A stretch of DNA of 64,000 bases from positions 1 to 64,000 of the forward strand of contig JAYTHU010000102.1 of assembly GCA_043732305.1 (NCBI GenBank). The letters run 5' to 3'. Under the pieces are notes generated by a model that was not told where the DNA came from, did no database searches, and worked only from the letters and a program-made list of their open reading frames with translations. Positions 36,859-46,734 of the stretch are shown in pieces (the first letter of the stretch is position 1; every line of letters begins with the position of its first letter). The translations under genes were made by a program, and so were the position numbers. The stretch is from Oligoflexia bacterium (lineage in GTDB: Bacteria > Bdellovibrionota > Bdellovibrionia > JABDDW01).

Positions 36859-39201
36859 ATGAAAAATATATTTTTAGCGCTGTCCGTGATGGTCATATCT
36901 GTCACTATTTGTGAAACGTCGTTTGCAGAAGAATGTAAGGCAAAACTAAGTCATCTGAATCCTAAAATTTATGATCAAGTTTACCTAGATAATAACCCGA
37001 CTGAAACGCCTTATCGTTTCGATTCAATTCGTAAATCACAAGATGACCAACCTGCCGAACAATTGTGGGTCGTGAACAGTGCAGACTATTCGCCAACTGC
37101 TGATCAGGAATTGATTAAAGCTGGATACACGGGTGTGCGAATTTTAAATCCAACAGACAAAGAGATTCTCGAACACTCCGATTTTTTATTAGTTCCCGAA
37201 GTCACTCGCACGATCATGATCGCCCCAAACTCAGAAGAAGACTGGGTCGCTCAAATGCAAACAACAAAAGCTCGCACCAACCTCAAATCTAAACTTAAAA
37301 AGAGCCTCGCCGTTGATGGTGAAGGCAAGCGCGCAGTCACCACTGAATTGGCCAATCTAACTTTGGCGGACTATTCCAAATGGTACACAGAACTTTATCT
37401 TCCAGAAATCATTGGCGGCAAAGAAGGTGGCATGGCCGCCTGGGGGGATGTTTCTCAGTACGCAGCCGAGAAAAAAATTGATATCACCGACGGCAACCTC
37501 AACAAAAAAGTACCCGATCTTCATCGTGTATTTTTCTACTCCAAAGATCATAAACTCATTGGTGGAATGCTATTTCGTGAAATGCACAGCCAAGGATTTA
37601 TTAGCGTTGGAGCTGCGGCCTTTGAATCCAATGCACGCAAACTTTACAATCTTCCCGTTCGCGGATTTAGTGAAATTTTTAATGAAGTGCATCGCTTGGG
37701 TTTCAAATACTTGAGCTATGGAAAAGATTTTTATTATGGCGGTGATTTAAGCATTGGCCTCATGCAAAACAAAGCTAGTCTTGGAATGAGAATCATTATT
37801 CCTCTTCCTTCCGATGAAGGAAACTTCTATCTCACCAAATATTTCTCCAACGCTCCCGCTCGTCTTGGTGCGAGCAAATACGAAAATAAAACTTTCCCTG
37901 GAATGGTTTTCTACGCTATTCGCGGAACTGGTCAAGAGCGTTTGAAAAACTATCATCTCATGCAAGCGTCCCAAGTTGCGACCCGAACAATTCCCGAAGC
38001 AATGTTAGCTGTCGAACAAACAATGGCGGTTCATCAGATTTTAGCAGCTGATAATTCACCTAAGATTGAAGTACCGCAAGGGCTGACGCATGTAAAAATT
38101 CAATCGGTGTCGGCTCTAACCCCTCACAAGCAATATCCTGCACTCTCGACCAGCGGTGGATTAGGTTTCCGAAATTATATATCTGGACATGTTGTATCCA
38201 CAAGTGTGGATATGGCCAATAACTACACTGCGCAAGGTTTTCTGGATTGGGCACTTAGCGTCATGCCAGTCAAAGATTTAGCTCAGGCTAAAACAATCTT
38301 AGCTAAGTTTGTGAGTTTTAAAGAAGATTACGCTCACCCAATAATGCGTCCCATGTTTTTGATCGATGAAAAAAGCGAGATTGAAAATCAAGCAACTCCT
38401 GAAGCCAAGCTTGCAAAGTACAACGAACTCATCATGAAAAATCCATTGGTTGATTTTGAAAAAGGCTTGGATCAAGATCCGTTTTTGGTTCCAATGATTG
38501 AGCGGGCTCGATTCAACCCGGCACGCGTGCGACCGATGGCTATGAATCTCACCAAATCGGATGAAACCCCTTTTCCACTTATTAGCTTCTATTCCAATCA
38601 AGGTTACACGCATCCTATCGAACGCGGCATGCTCAAGAGTAAGGTACTTCAGGCTTCTGGCGTGTACTCCAAGCTTCAGTATGAGGCCCGTCGAAAATAT
38701 CGTGCAGGCGTGAGATACAGATTTAATTTTGACTTCGATCAAAGTCTTAACAATCTGAGCGGACAAGAGCGAAAAATGCAATTGAGCACTCAAAATCGTT
38801 ATAAAAACCCTGAGCTTTTAAAGAAAATGAAAATGCTTTATGACCACGGTCAGGCCTTCACATTTGAAGCTATCGATGAGTCTGTGACCCCACACAAAGT
38901 GTTGGGTGGCATTTTGGGGCTGATCACCGGAAAACTTATAAGCATCGACACCACTATTGGAAATGTCGGAAATATTGATTCCGCACGCATCACGGGAATG
39001 GCACTTTCTGATATTGCAGCTGAACAAGGTTTGGAATTTCTGGATATGGGAATGGTGAGTAATTATTCGAAGAGCTTGCGAGCAGGCTATTACCCTCAAG
39101 TAGAATTTCTTTCATTCCTGAATTCTCCAGAATTCAAATCCGATAGCAAATTTAAATTGCCCGCAGAATGGGTTCCGCCGGGAATCAATCCAGGAAAATA
39201 A
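36859..39201 (+). CDS. Secreted protein with a FemABX/GNAT-like domain and a C-terminal Leu/Phe-tRNA-protein transferase (Aat)-like domain
   Basis: Signal peptide MKNIFLALSVMVISVTICETSFA. Fem/GNAT-like segment KARTNLKSKLKK...LIGGML...GFKYLSYG...GLMQNKASLG. Aat-like segment FNFDFDQ...LYDHGQAFTFE...LGGILGL..G...SARI...GLEFLDMG...SKSLRA...EFL. Confidence 0.7.
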   Translation: MKNIFLALSVMVISVTICETSFAEECKAKLSHLNPKIYDQVYLDNNPTETPYRFDSIRKSQDDQPAEQLWVVNSADYSPTADQELIKAGYTGVRILNPTDKEILEHSDFLLVPEVTRTIMIAPNSEEDWVAQMQTTKARTNLKSKLKKSLAVDGEGKRAVTTELANLTLADYSKWYTELYLPEIIGGKEGGMAAWGDVSQYAAEKKIDITDGNLNKKVPDLHRVFFYSKDHKLIGGMLFREMHSQGFISVGAAAFESNARKLYNLPVRGFSEIFNEVHRLGFKYLSYGKDFYYGGDLSIGLMQNKASLGMRIIIPLPSDEGNFYLTKYFSNAPARLGASKYENKTFPGMVFYAIRGTGQERLKNYHLMQASQVATRTIPEAMLAVEQTMAVHQILAADNSPKIEVPQGLTHVKIQSVSALTPHKQYPALSTSGGLGFRNYISGHVVSTSVDMANNYTAQGFLDWALSVMPVKDLAQAKTILAKFVSFKEDYAHPIMRPMFLIDEKSEIENQATPEAKLAKYNELIMKNPLVDFEKGLDQDPFLVPMIERARFNPARVRPMAMNLTKSDETPFPLISFYSNQGYTHPIERGMLKSKVLQASGVYSKLQYEARRKYRAGVRYRFNFDFDQSLNNLSGQERKMQLSTQNRYKNPELLKKMKMLYDHGQAFTFEAIDESVTPHKVLGGILGLITGKLISIDTTIGNVGNIDSARITGMALSDIAAEQGLEFLDMGMVSNYSKSLRAGYYPQVEFLSFLNSPEFKSDSKFKLPAEWVPPGINPGK

Positions 39202-39427
39202 CGAGGCAACCCTCGTTCTTTTTCCCGTTGACCATTTCGAATTTCCACTGATACCCAGCAAGCTTCAGATATTTTATTGCGATTTTTTGAACGACCCCGG
39301 TTCCTTTGCCCGTCATAATGCGGGCACTGGAAAGGTTGCCACCGGAAACTTTCACCAAGAATTTGTCGAGAGCATCTTCAACTTCATCAGATTTAAAGCC
39401 ATGCAAGTCGAGTAAATCTTTAGCCAT
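39185..39427 (-). CDS. Stand-alone Smr/MutS2-C domain protein
   Basis: LDLHG, ALDKFL, IMTGKGTGV, NEGCLVIFL. Confidence 0.9.
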   Translation of the reverse strand: MAKDLLDLHGFKSDEVEDALDKFLVKVSGGNLSSARIMTGKGTGVVQKIAIKYLKLAGYQWKFEMVNGKKNEGCLVIFLD

Positions 39428-39450
39428 CTTCAAACCTCAACCGAAAAAAT

Positions 39451-40590
39451 TTATAAATCCAAACTCATTTTCGCAATGTATCGGCGATTCTGATTGGGAG
39501 ATCCGCTGGTTCCGATTTCTTCAGCGTAGGTGGCTAAGTCGAGACGAAATATAGAAACTTGCCCGCTGACTCCGGCAGAGACATAACCTTCGGAGACGCC
39601 CACACTATAACTTCCGGTGAGCCAGTTAAAGGCTTTCCAAAAGAGTTCGGCACCCACATGGGAACACTTAATGGCATTTGCATATTGAGTTCCCATGTCA
39701 TGCTCTTCGATCGCAAAACGGGGTTTGAAAACCCAGAATTCCGGGAGATCAAATTTTGCACCGACGTCAAATCGTCTTTGCAAATTAGAGGTGGTCACCA
39801 CAGACTGTTTTGAAATCAAATGAGCATCGCCAAAAAATCCTTCATCCAAAACGTTTCTCACCGCGACACCAATGGTGGGCTTTGCATATTTCAGCCAAGA
39901 GAAAATTCCGGAATCGGCAATAGGCAATGTCCAAAGATATCCAAAGTCGAAATCCACAGTCATGCCTTCTTGAGCATCAGATGCTTGAAGTAAATTTGTG
40001 CTTTGAGCGAGGTCGAATACGGAAACGACTTTATCTATGTAAGCGCGATAAACAATTTTAGGAGAGACACCGATGTTCATTGTTTTATCGTCATTCAAAT
40101 TCCAAGCTTTTGAGAATTGCAGCGTGGAATCTTGAATCGCGAGCAATCCAACGGAAGCACCCGCCGTGGCTGCAATGTCTGCCTCAACTGAAACATCAAC
40201 GGGAATAAATGCGATTCCCCATGAAGGCCAAACCCAAATTCCACCCACTTGAACGCGCGTCGCATAGTGATTACCCATGTCGTTAAGCAAAGCATTAGTG
40301 AGCTTCACCGGATCTGAACCTGCGCCACTGAGATCACTATAAAGATTCATAATCGAGGGGGTTCCACCAGCTTGAATGCCTAGGTTCAAATCGTGAGATT
40401 CAAACCGAGCAAGGCCTGCGGGGTTATAAAACATTGCTTCATAGCTATCCGTCATGGATGTGCCAACCATGCCTCGGCCAGCAACACGGGCGGAAATGTA
40501 GGGTTGATGGAGATAAAAACTCTCTGCTGCGCGAACTTCTTGGCTCGACGCCATTAACAACAGACAAAGCGTAAATAATATTTTGAACAC
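39451..40590 (-). CDS. TraF/FadL/PorV-like outer-membrane beta-barrel, paralog C
   Basis: SARVAGRG...DSYEAMFYNPAGL, GVSEGYVSAG...ATYAEEIG...NRRY. Confidence 0.8.
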   Translation of the reverse strand: MFKILFTLCLLLMASSQEVRAAESFYLHQPYISARVAGRGMVGTSMTDSYEAMFYNPAGLARFESHDLNLGIQAGGTPSIMNLYSDLSGAGSDPVKLTNALLNDMGNHYATRVQVGGIWVWPSWGIAFIPVDVSVEADIAATAGASVGLLAIQDSTLQFSKAWNLNDDKTMNIGVSPKIVYRAYIDKVVSVFDLAQSTNLLQASDAQEGMTVDFDFGYLWTLPIADSGIFSWLKYAKPTIGVAVRNVLDEGFFGDAHLISKQSVVTTSNLQRRFDVGAKFDLPEFWVFKPRFAIEEHDMGTQYANAIKCSHVGAELFWKAFNWLTGSYSVGVSEGYVSAGVSGQVSIFRLDLATYAEEIGTSGSPNQNRRYIAKMSLDL

Positions 40591-40660
40591 CCAGGTCCCC
40601 CGTGTTTAAATGTTTTAAGGTAACCATATAAATCTGCACGAGAGGTCGAGTGAATTGCAA

Positions 40661-41332
40661 ATGAAAAAACTTCTTTTTATAATCACTCTAGGACTAGCCA
40701 TCTTCACCCCTTCTTGGAGTTTGATTTGTCTAGCGGCTTCGCCTGATGAAAACGGAGCAATCACGCCCAAAACGCAAGTCATGGATATTGAAAACACTCC
40801 CGCAGAAACAAAGAGCACCAGTGGAGAAGCGGATCTGGAAAAAAATATGATGCAGAGCACGGCTCCGACCAATCCAAACAAGAAATACGTTGCTAGCCCT
40901 TTGCAGTTTTTTTACTCCGACACTCAATCGCTGAGCGTTTATCTTGGTGCGGCATACTCCAGCCAACCCGCAGTTGTTTATGGTTTAGGAGGATTCAGTT
41001 ACATGCTGCCAAGCCAAAATAGATTTCATTTAGAAGCGGCTTTTGACTCATTGGGCGCGCAAGAAGCACACTTTAGATTGATGGCAAAATGGTACAGTGG
41101 AATTGCCGGAAAGATCAGATCTTACTACAATTTAGGTTTGGGGTTACGAATGCTTTCCAACGACAACTTGGTCGTGATTCTTTCTTGGACTCGATTTTTT
41201 CTACAAGCTGGCGGAGGTTTAGAGTGGAGTTTCACTCAGAATCTTTCATTGCGTGCTGAAGCTTTTACGGCGGGAGATCTAAACTCAAATGCTTACTTGG
41301 GTTTGCTCGCCGGAATTTCTATTGGCTTTTAA
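40661..41332 (+). CDS. Small outer-membrane beta-barrel protein
   Basis: Signal peptide, disordered linker, about 8 amphipathic strands, terminal GISIGF. Confidence 0.75.
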   Translation: MKKLLFIITLGLAIFTPSWSLICLAASPDENGAITPKTQVMDIENTPAETKSTSGEADLEKNMMQSTAPTNPNKKYVASPLQFFYSDTQSLSVYLGAAYSSQPAVVYGLGGFSYMLPSQNRFHLEAAFDSLGAQEAHFRLMAKWYSGIAGKIRSYYNLGLGLRMLSNDNLVVILSWTRFFLQAGGGLEWSFTQNLSLRAEAFTAGDLNSNAYLGLLAGISIGF

Positions 41333-41527
41333 TTTGCTGAGATGAATAAAAATACTTTTTAAATTGGTTCGACGATGCGGATGGAATTCAATTCAATAAA
41401 TAGGTTCTTCTCTGGAAATAGGTATTCATTGGAAAAGATCTTACGCAATAAACCCGAACACACAGACATGCTCAATAAATTGAGCCCACAATTTTTAAAG
41501 TGCATCTCCAGAATTTTTGCAAACCGC

Positions 41528-42157
41528 TCACAACTTCCTCAACAACTCGATCACTTGCCGGCGAGCGTTCGCTTCCACGCCATCGTTTTCGATTACAAAA
41601 TCCGCCATAGAAATTTTTTCGGCCAGAGGCATTTGCGCCAAGATTCGCAGCTCGGCATCAGCGGCAGATAAACCGTCACGCTTCATCAAACGAGCACGTT
41701 GCAATTCAAACGGAGCGGACACTAAAACCACCGCATCAAACCGATCTTTCAATCCTTTTTCAAAAATCAGAGCGGCATCATAAAAAGCTCGAGGCAATCC
41801 ACGACTGGATAATTTTTCGCGCTCCTCCAAAGCTCGGCGTTGAATCAGCGGGTGAAGCAACCGCTCCACCGTCGCTCGTTTTTCGGGATCAGTAAAAATA
41901 ATTTTTGCAAGCGCTGCTCGATCAAGAACACTCGACTTTGAACCATTTGTTGCAGAAGAAATTATAATTCCAGTCCCAAAAGCCTGGACTAAAGAGGCCA
42001 GACCAAAGGTGCCAGGCGCCACCACTTCGCGTGCAAGCTGATCCGCATCCACGACCACACCACCAAGGTCCTGAATAATGCGAGTCACCGTCGATTTTCC
42101 AGTGGCAATGCCACCCGTGATTCCAATCCATTTCATATTTAGTTTTTTCGCCTCCAT
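41528..42157 (-). CDS. coaE: Dephospho-CoA kinase
   Basis: IGITGGIATGKST, VDAD..AR.VV, LDRAALA..IF, LHP.I, AD.VI.N.G. Confidence 0.96.
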   Translation of the reverse strand: MEAKKLNMKWIGITGGIATGKSTVTRIIQDLGGVVVDADQLAREVVAPGTFGLASLVQAFGTGIIISSATNGSKSSVLDRAALAKIIFTDPEKRATVERLLHPLIQRRALEEREKLSSRGLPRAFYDAALIFEKGLKDRFDAVVLVSAPFELQRARLMKRDGLSAADAELRILAQMPLAEKISMADFVIENDGVEANARRQVIELLRKL

Positions 42158-42189
42158 GACGAAAAGTGTAATAAGAGGGAGGGACCATA

Positions 42190-44148
42190 GTGTCTCTAAA
42201 ACCTGAGTTGTTTGGCAAATTTATTCTCTTAGACAAAATCGCCGCCGGCGGTATGGCGGAAGTTTATCGCGCCAAGGCTCCGGGCTTAAGCGGTATTGCT
42301 AAAATTATTGCCATCAAGAGAATCTTACCTCAATACTCTGCAAATTCAGAATTTATCGACATGTTTAAAAACGAAGCAAAAATTGCCGTCAATCTCTCTC
42401 AGGCAAATATCGCGACCATTTACGAATTCGGCGAAGAACTTAGCCTCTATTATCTATCCATGGAATTTGTCGATGGCCGAAATCTAAGACAAGTGATTTC
42501 ACGCTGCACCAAACTCCAAAAGTCACTGACCATCGAGCACGGTGTCTACACCATCGCGCAAATATGTACGGGGCTCGATTACGCGCACCGCTGCACCGAC
42601 AAAAACACGGGCAATCCTCTCAACATCATCCATCGAGACATGAGTCCTCAAAATATTATGATCAGTTTTGAAGGCGAAGTAAAATTAGTTGATTTTGGAA
42701 TTGCTAAAGCTGAGAGCCGAATTGACTCAACACGTGCCGGAACTCTCAAAGGCAAATTTGGCTACATGAGTCCCGAGCAAGCCGAAGGCTTGGAATTGGA
42801 CTGGCGTACGGATATTTTCTCTACGGGTATTGTGCTCTGGGAAATTCTAACCGGCGAAAGACTTTTTGTTGCCAATAATGAAATCAACACGATCAAAAAA
42901 ATTCGCGAATGCATTATACCTTCCCCACGTAAAATAAATCCCAATATCAGTGAAGAGCTTGATCGCATCACAATGAAAGCACTCGCGCGTGAAAAAAACT
43001 CGAGATATCAATCAGCGTCGGAAATGTCACGGGACTTGAGCCGCTATCTTTACAAAATCAACCCAGAGTTTACAGCACAAGATCTCAGTCATTTTACTAA
43101 ACTTCTTTTTAAAGAAGAAATTCTCGAAGACAGAAACAAAGTTTCTGAATTCGCTAAAATTGATTTTGCCCGCATGAAAAAAATTGAGCAAAAGACAAAC
43201 CATGATAGCGCTACAACTATCACCCAGACAGACACGGCAACCGACACTAGCCAACTAGGTAAATCGGAAAGCAATCGACCACCAGATAATTTTATTCTCA
43301 ACACTTTCGAAAAAAACAAAGACATTTCATTAGTAGTGGACGCCGCTCGCGTACGACAACATTTAGCAAACAGCCAAGTAGAAATCGTCAGAAGAAAAGC
43401 AAGATCGAGTAACACAGATTCGGAATGGTACGGTCCAGCAAGATCTGCTCAAGAAGGATCCCTATTGAAGTGGCTCCCTGCTGGAATTTTACTGGTGGTA
43501 CTTACCGTGGGAGGATTTACCTTTTTCAAAAATCCTACGCGTTTCTTTAAATTGGGGCAAGGGGCTGTAAACTCTATGACAGCATCACGCACGGAACAAG
43601 CATCAGTCGGAGAAGAGCAAGATTCACAACTGTCAGTAAATCCCGCGGTACCATTACCCCTACCTAAAATTCCCGCGGCCGTCATGCCCGAAGAAAGTGG
43701 AAGGCTCACAATTCGAAGTTTTCCAGCTGGAGCAGAAATCACAACGATCGAAGAAGGTTCACCCGAACAAAAAAGATTCGGAACAACACCTTCGGAAATC
43801 ACACTTCCAATTCGAAGACGTGTCACACTGAGACTTCATCGAGATGGGTATGTTGACACTCACCACGAATTTATAGTAACGAAACCAGTAGAAGCATTGT
43901 CTTTCACAATGGACAAAGCGATTTATGGTTATGTCAATATTGACGTGCAACCTTCCGGATCAGATATTTACATCGATGGCGTAAAACTGGAATCTGCAAC
44001 CAATAAACGAATTCCCATTCCAGCCAACCGTTCCGTAAAAATCACAGCTATCAATCACTTTACTGGATTCAGAGATGAGCAAGTTGTGCTCGTAAAACAA
44101 GACACACTTAAAAGCATCTATCTCTTTCCGCGTCAATCTCGACAGTAA
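42190..44148 (+). CDS. Hanks-type Ser/Thr protein kinase with TM and C-terminal PEGA-like domains
   Basis: GGMAEVY, AIKRILP, HRDMSPQN, DFGIAK, GKFGYMSPEQ, one TM, IRSFPAGA and VQPSGSDIYIDG. Confidence 0.93.
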   Translation: MSLKPELFGKFILLDKIAAGGMAEVYRAKAPGLSGIAKIIAIKRILPQYSANSEFIDMFKNEAKIAVNLSQANIATIYEFGEELSLYYLSMEFVDGRNLRQVISRCTKLQKSLTIEHGVYTIAQICTGLDYAHRCTDKNTGNPLNIIHRDMSPQNIMISFEGEVKLVDFGIAKAESRIDSTRAGTLKGKFGYMSPEQAEGLELDWRTDIFSTGIVLWEILTGERLFVANNEINTIKKIRECIIPSPRKINPNISEELDRITMKALAREKNSRYQSASEMSRDLSRYLYKINPEFTAQDLSHFTKLLFKEEILEDRNKVSEFAKIDFARMKKIEQKTNHDSATTITQTDTATDTSQLGKSESNRPPDNFILNTFEKNKDISLVVDAARVRQHLANSQVEIVRRKARSSNTDSEWYGPARSAQEGSLLKWLPAGILLVVLTVGGFTFFKNPTRFFKLGQGAVNSMTASRTEQASVGEEQDSQLSVNPAVPLPLPKIPAAVMPEESGRLTIRSFPAGAEITTIEEGSPEQKRFGTTPSEITLPIRRRVTLRLHRDGYVDTHHEFIVTKPVEALSFTMDKAIYGYVNIDVQPSGSDIYIDGVKLESATNKRIPIPANRSVKITAINHFTGFRDEQVVLVKQDTLKSIYLFPRQSRQ

Positions 44149-44177
44149 TTGACTTTTTTCCGCTCTGGAAATACAAA
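44149..44177 (+). promoter_or_regulatory. Possible sigma70 promoter
   Basis: TTGACT-N17-TACAAA upstream of RBS GGGAG and ATG 44201. Confidence 0.4.
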
Positions 44178-44200
44178 CTTTGTAGGGAGATCTCAAAAAA

Positions 44201-45976
44201 ATGGAAAAAACCGTCAGTCATTGTTTTATGGAAGCACGTCTGCGCCCAGCCACTCAGGTCGCACTTCGTTACAGTAAAAATGGTCATTGGAAAGATATTT
44301 CCTGGGCCGGTTACTTTGAAATGGCGGAAAAATTGGGATCGGCTCTCGTGAGCCTCGGTGTAAAGCGCGGAGATCGCGTCGCCATCATGAGTAACACTCG
44401 CTATGAGTGGAATATTTCAGACATGGCTATTTTAGGAATCGGTGCTGTCACCATTCCCCTTTATCAAAACAACACCATTGAAGATGTGGAATTCATTATC
44501 AATAATTCTCAAGCCACTGCCGTGCTCTTTGAAGACATGGCTCAATATAAAAAGCTTGAACAACTCCAAGGTAAAATTCCTGCCTTGAAGACTTATGTGA
44601 GTTTCACCGCTTGTGACGTTAAAGATGTCATCACCTTGGATCAAGCTTTTGAATTAGGTAAAAAGTTTCTCGCCAAGCAACCAGACTTTTTTAAGAATGA
44701 ATGTCAGAAAAATAAAATCAGTGACATTGCCACCGTCGTTTACACTTCAGGAACGACTGGACAGCCGAAAGGCGCAGTGCTTTTGCATGAGTGTATCGCC
44801 TCTGAATGTGAAGATGTGAAACCCATTTTAGATTTAAACGATTCTGATACCAGCCTCACATTTTTACCATTCGCCCATATTTTTGGACGAGTCGAGTTGT
44901 GGGCGCATATCTACCTTGGTTGGAAAATGGCTTTTGCCGAAAGCATTGATCGAATCGCGGCCAACATGCTGGAAATCAAACCTACAATGATGTTAGCGGT
45001 CCCTCGCATATATGAAAAAATTTATGCTCGCGTGATTTCACAAGTAGACGATGGCAGTGCCATAAAGAAAAAGATTTTTTATTGGGCCGTTGGTATTGGA
45101 CGCGAAGTGAGTTTGGCCAAACGTGAAAAGCGTGAAGTGCCTTTCAAAACGTTGCTTCAGTATCGTCTCGCTTACAAACTTGTGTTTTCTAAACTTCAAG
45201 AAAAAATGGGAAATCGCATTCGTTTCATGGTCAGCGGCGGCGCTCCAATCTCCAAAGAAATTCTTGAATTCTTTCACGCCGCAGGAATTTTAATTCTTGA
45301 AGGTTACGGATTGACGGAAACTACTGCGGGAGTTTTCTTTAACAACCCCTATAAATATAATTTTGGCACAGTGGGCTTGCCCATTGGTGATGTTGAAGTG
45401 AAAATTGCCGATGACGGAGAAATCCTCATCAAGAGCAAAAAGATTTTCAAAGAGTATTTTCAAAATCCTGAAGCCACTAAGGAATCTTTGGAGAATGGCT
45501 GGTTTCACACTGGCGATATCGGAGCGGTTGATTCAGAGGGATTCCTTAGAATCACAGATCGCAAAAAAGACATGATTAAAACTGCTGGTGGCAAGATGAT
45601 CGCCCCACAGAAAATCGAGAACGTTTTAAAAATAAGCAAGATGATCAGCCAAGCCGCCATCTATGGCGACAAAATGAAATACATCGTGGCGCTCATCACC
45701 CTTAATCCCGAAGAACTTCTGAAATTTGCGGCTGCCCAGGGCCTAGGAACAAAGGATTACACGGAGCTCACAAAAAATCCTAAAGTTCAAGATTTGATCC
45801 GCGATATTGTGAAAGAGAAAAACTCAGAACTCGCAAGTTACGAGACTGTAAAGAACTTCACTATATTGCCGCATGATTTCACCGTGGAAAGCGGCGAAGT
45901 CACACCTTCGTTGAAAGTGAAGAGAAGATTTGTCGGTGAAAAATACAGCGCAGAAATTAAAGAACTCTACAGCTAG
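44201..45976 (+). CDS. Long-chain fatty acid-CoA ligase (AMP-binding, FadD15-like)
   Basis: YTSGTTGQPKG, SGGAP, EGYGLTET, GWFHTGDIG, DRKKD, TPSLKVKR. Confidence 0.93.
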   Translation: MEKTVSHCFMEARLRPATQVALRYSKNGHWKDISWAGYFEMAEKLGSALVSLGVKRGDRVAIMSNTRYEWNISDMAILGIGAVTIPLYQNNTIEDVEFIINNSQATAVLFEDMAQYKKLEQLQGKIPALKTYVSFTACDVKDVITLDQAFELGKKFLAKQPDFFKNECQKNKISDIATVVYTSGTTGQPKGAVLLHECIASECEDVKPILDLNDSDTSLTFLPFAHIFGRVELWAHIYLGWKMAFAESIDRIAANMLEIKPTMMLAVPRIYEKIYARVISQVDDGSAIKKKIFYWAVGIGREVSLAKREKREVPFKTLLQYRLAYKLVFSKLQEKMGNRIRFMVSGGAPISKEILEFFHAAGILILEGYGLTETTAGVFFNNPYKYNFGTVGLPIGDVEVKIADDGEILIKSKKIFKEYFQNPEATKESLENGWFHTGDIGAVDSEGFLRITDRKKDMIKTAGGKMIAPQKIENVLKISKMISQAAIYGDKMKYIVALITLNPEELLKFAAAQGLGTKDYTELTKNPKVQDLIRDIVKEKNSELASYETVKNFTILPHDFTVESGEVTPSLKVKRRFVGEKYSAEIKELYS

Positions 45977-46731
45977 TTAAAATAAATTCTTAACGAAGCC
46001 GCAGCGAAAATGTTGCTGAGGTCAAAATTTCGAGAACTGCCATCAGCATTTTTCATGACTCCACCCGATGTTTCCGCTCCGGAGATCGTGGTGGACGATT
46101 GACTCACGTTGATCGAACCCACGGGCAGATATTGATAGCCGGCGTCCAAACCGAATCCCACTGTATCAAACAATAGGTACTCAACCCCACCGTATGCTTC
46201 AACCATCAATGCGTTGGTAGCACCGGTTTCGATATAATCGCTCACGCCCGGATAAGCGGCATTTCCACTCGGTGTGAAGCCTACCGAATTTCTTAAAGTG
46301 ACAAATGCGTAACCCAGTCCAAAGCCAAGATAGGTTTTAGTTTCAGCGGTTTGTTTCAGCGCCACTTCAAAATCAACTTTAGGAATGATCGCATACAGCT
46401 GACTTGTTACACTGAGCAATTGAGTGCCCGAAGCACTCGTACCTGCTAGTCCGGTCATCAATTGAGGAAATAAAAGCTGCAATCCAAAACGCGTAGTAAA
46501 TTTATGCACGTTGATTCCAAATCCGATTTCCGCAGCGAAATTCTGACTCACCCCACCCAAGCTTGGAAAAGAGATTGCGCTAGGAAAGCCTGGCTGATAC
46601 GCCATTTTCTGCACACGATTGAAACCATAATCCCCTTTGAGATAGGTGGAGGATGTTGATTTGGTAAAATCAAAAATTCGAGCATGTGAAGGGATACTAG
46701 CTAAAAGAATCGAGACGAAAAGGCTCAACAC
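45973..46731 (-). CDS. Outer-membrane beta-barrel protein (OmpW/OmpA-barrel-like)
   Basis: Signal peptide ending SHA, YLGFGLGY strand, C-terminal SLRIYFN. Confidence 0.75.
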   Translation of the reverse strand: MLSLFVSILLASIPSHARIFDFTKSTSSTYLKGDYGFNRVQKMAYQPGFPSAISFPSLGGVSQNFAAEIGFGINVHKFTTRFGLQLLFPQLMTGLAGTSASGTQLLSVTSQLYAIIPKVDFEVALKQTAETKTYLGFGLGYAFVTLRNSVGFTPSGNAAYPGVSDYIETGATNALMVEAYGGVEYLLFDTVGFGLDAGYQYLPVGSINVSQSSTTISGAETSGGVMKNADGSSRNFDLSNIFAAASLRIYFN

Positions 46732-46734
46732 TTT

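Noticed and set aside
38299..38793. 164-aa minus-strand ORF
   Set aside because: It is fully antisense to the 797-aa ORF and has no protein-like features.
39185..39427. Smr protein as immunity or antitoxin for the Fem/Aat fusion
   Set aside because: It is convergent, appears co-transcribed with barrel C, and stand-alone Smr proteins are common. Nothing supports the pairing.
32607..40590. Conjugative element suggested by TraF-like barrels
   Set aside because: No relaxase, coupling protein, VirB4, integrase or att repeats are visible, and the flanks are housekeeping genes.
41333..41783. ORFs 41375-41671 and 41517-41783 (+) and a 48-codon minus-strand ORF after coaE
   Set aside because: They are antisense to coaE or short, with no motifs and no convincing RBS spacing.
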